A stretch of 64,000 nucleotides of DNA. It comes from Lineus longissimus. Its lineage: Eukaryota. Below, piece after piece: positions 63,764 through 64,000 of this stretch. The position numbers and the translations under genes were made by a program. The stretch lies in the NCBI RefSeq assembly GCF_910592395.1, contig NC_088308.1, forward strand, positions 744,001 through 808,000. The letters are read 5' to 3'. The number at the start of each line of letters is the position of its first letter. Position 1 is the stretch's first letter. The notes beneath the pieces were generated by a model, which worked only from the letters and a program-made list of their open reading frames with translations, did not search any database and had not been told where the DNA came from.

Positions 63764-64000
63764 GTGAGAGATTCTTCTGATAATTGGCTAGATTGTGTGA
63801 GCATGTTTAGTATCCTGGCTTCTGTAGGGTGGGGGTGAAGGCATTTTGACTCAATAGATGCATCTTTGACTTCATACATGTACATGGAAGTTCTCTTGAA
63901 GATTGCTGGTCAGTCTCACTTTGCTATTGATGAGATCATTGTTGACACATCCTTAAACTGGTGATATTACCACAATGTCAGAACAGGGAAAGTCAAGGAA

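Overview
Eukaryotic (animal) genomic DNA with many short GT-AG introns, probably a marine invertebrate such as a lophotrochozoan (inferred from gene content, not verified). Left to right: (1) a + strand myozenin/synaptopodin-like Z-disc gene (about 5.0-16.1 kb) with two large phase-matched alternative N-terminal exons; (2) an intronless GT32 (OCH1/SUR1-like, DXD) glycosyltransferase on the - strand; (3) an intronless rhodopsin-class peptide GPCR on the - strand; (4) a 3.77 kb tandem duplication with a transposon-end-like junction; (5) DNA-PKcs (PRKDC) on the + strand from ATG 30355, about 71 exons traced by eye, running off the right edge before the kinase domain. Most notable observations: intronic minisatellites that carry splice-site motifs; strong enrichment of the palindrome TACATGTA (a Tc1/mariner-type excision footprint), which sits just 3' of several minisatellites; repeated 1-4-5-8 hydrophobic motifs in one alternative exon; and loss of the T2609 and S2056 phospho-motif equivalents in DNA-PKcs. 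All coordinates and counts were read by eye; no database search was run.
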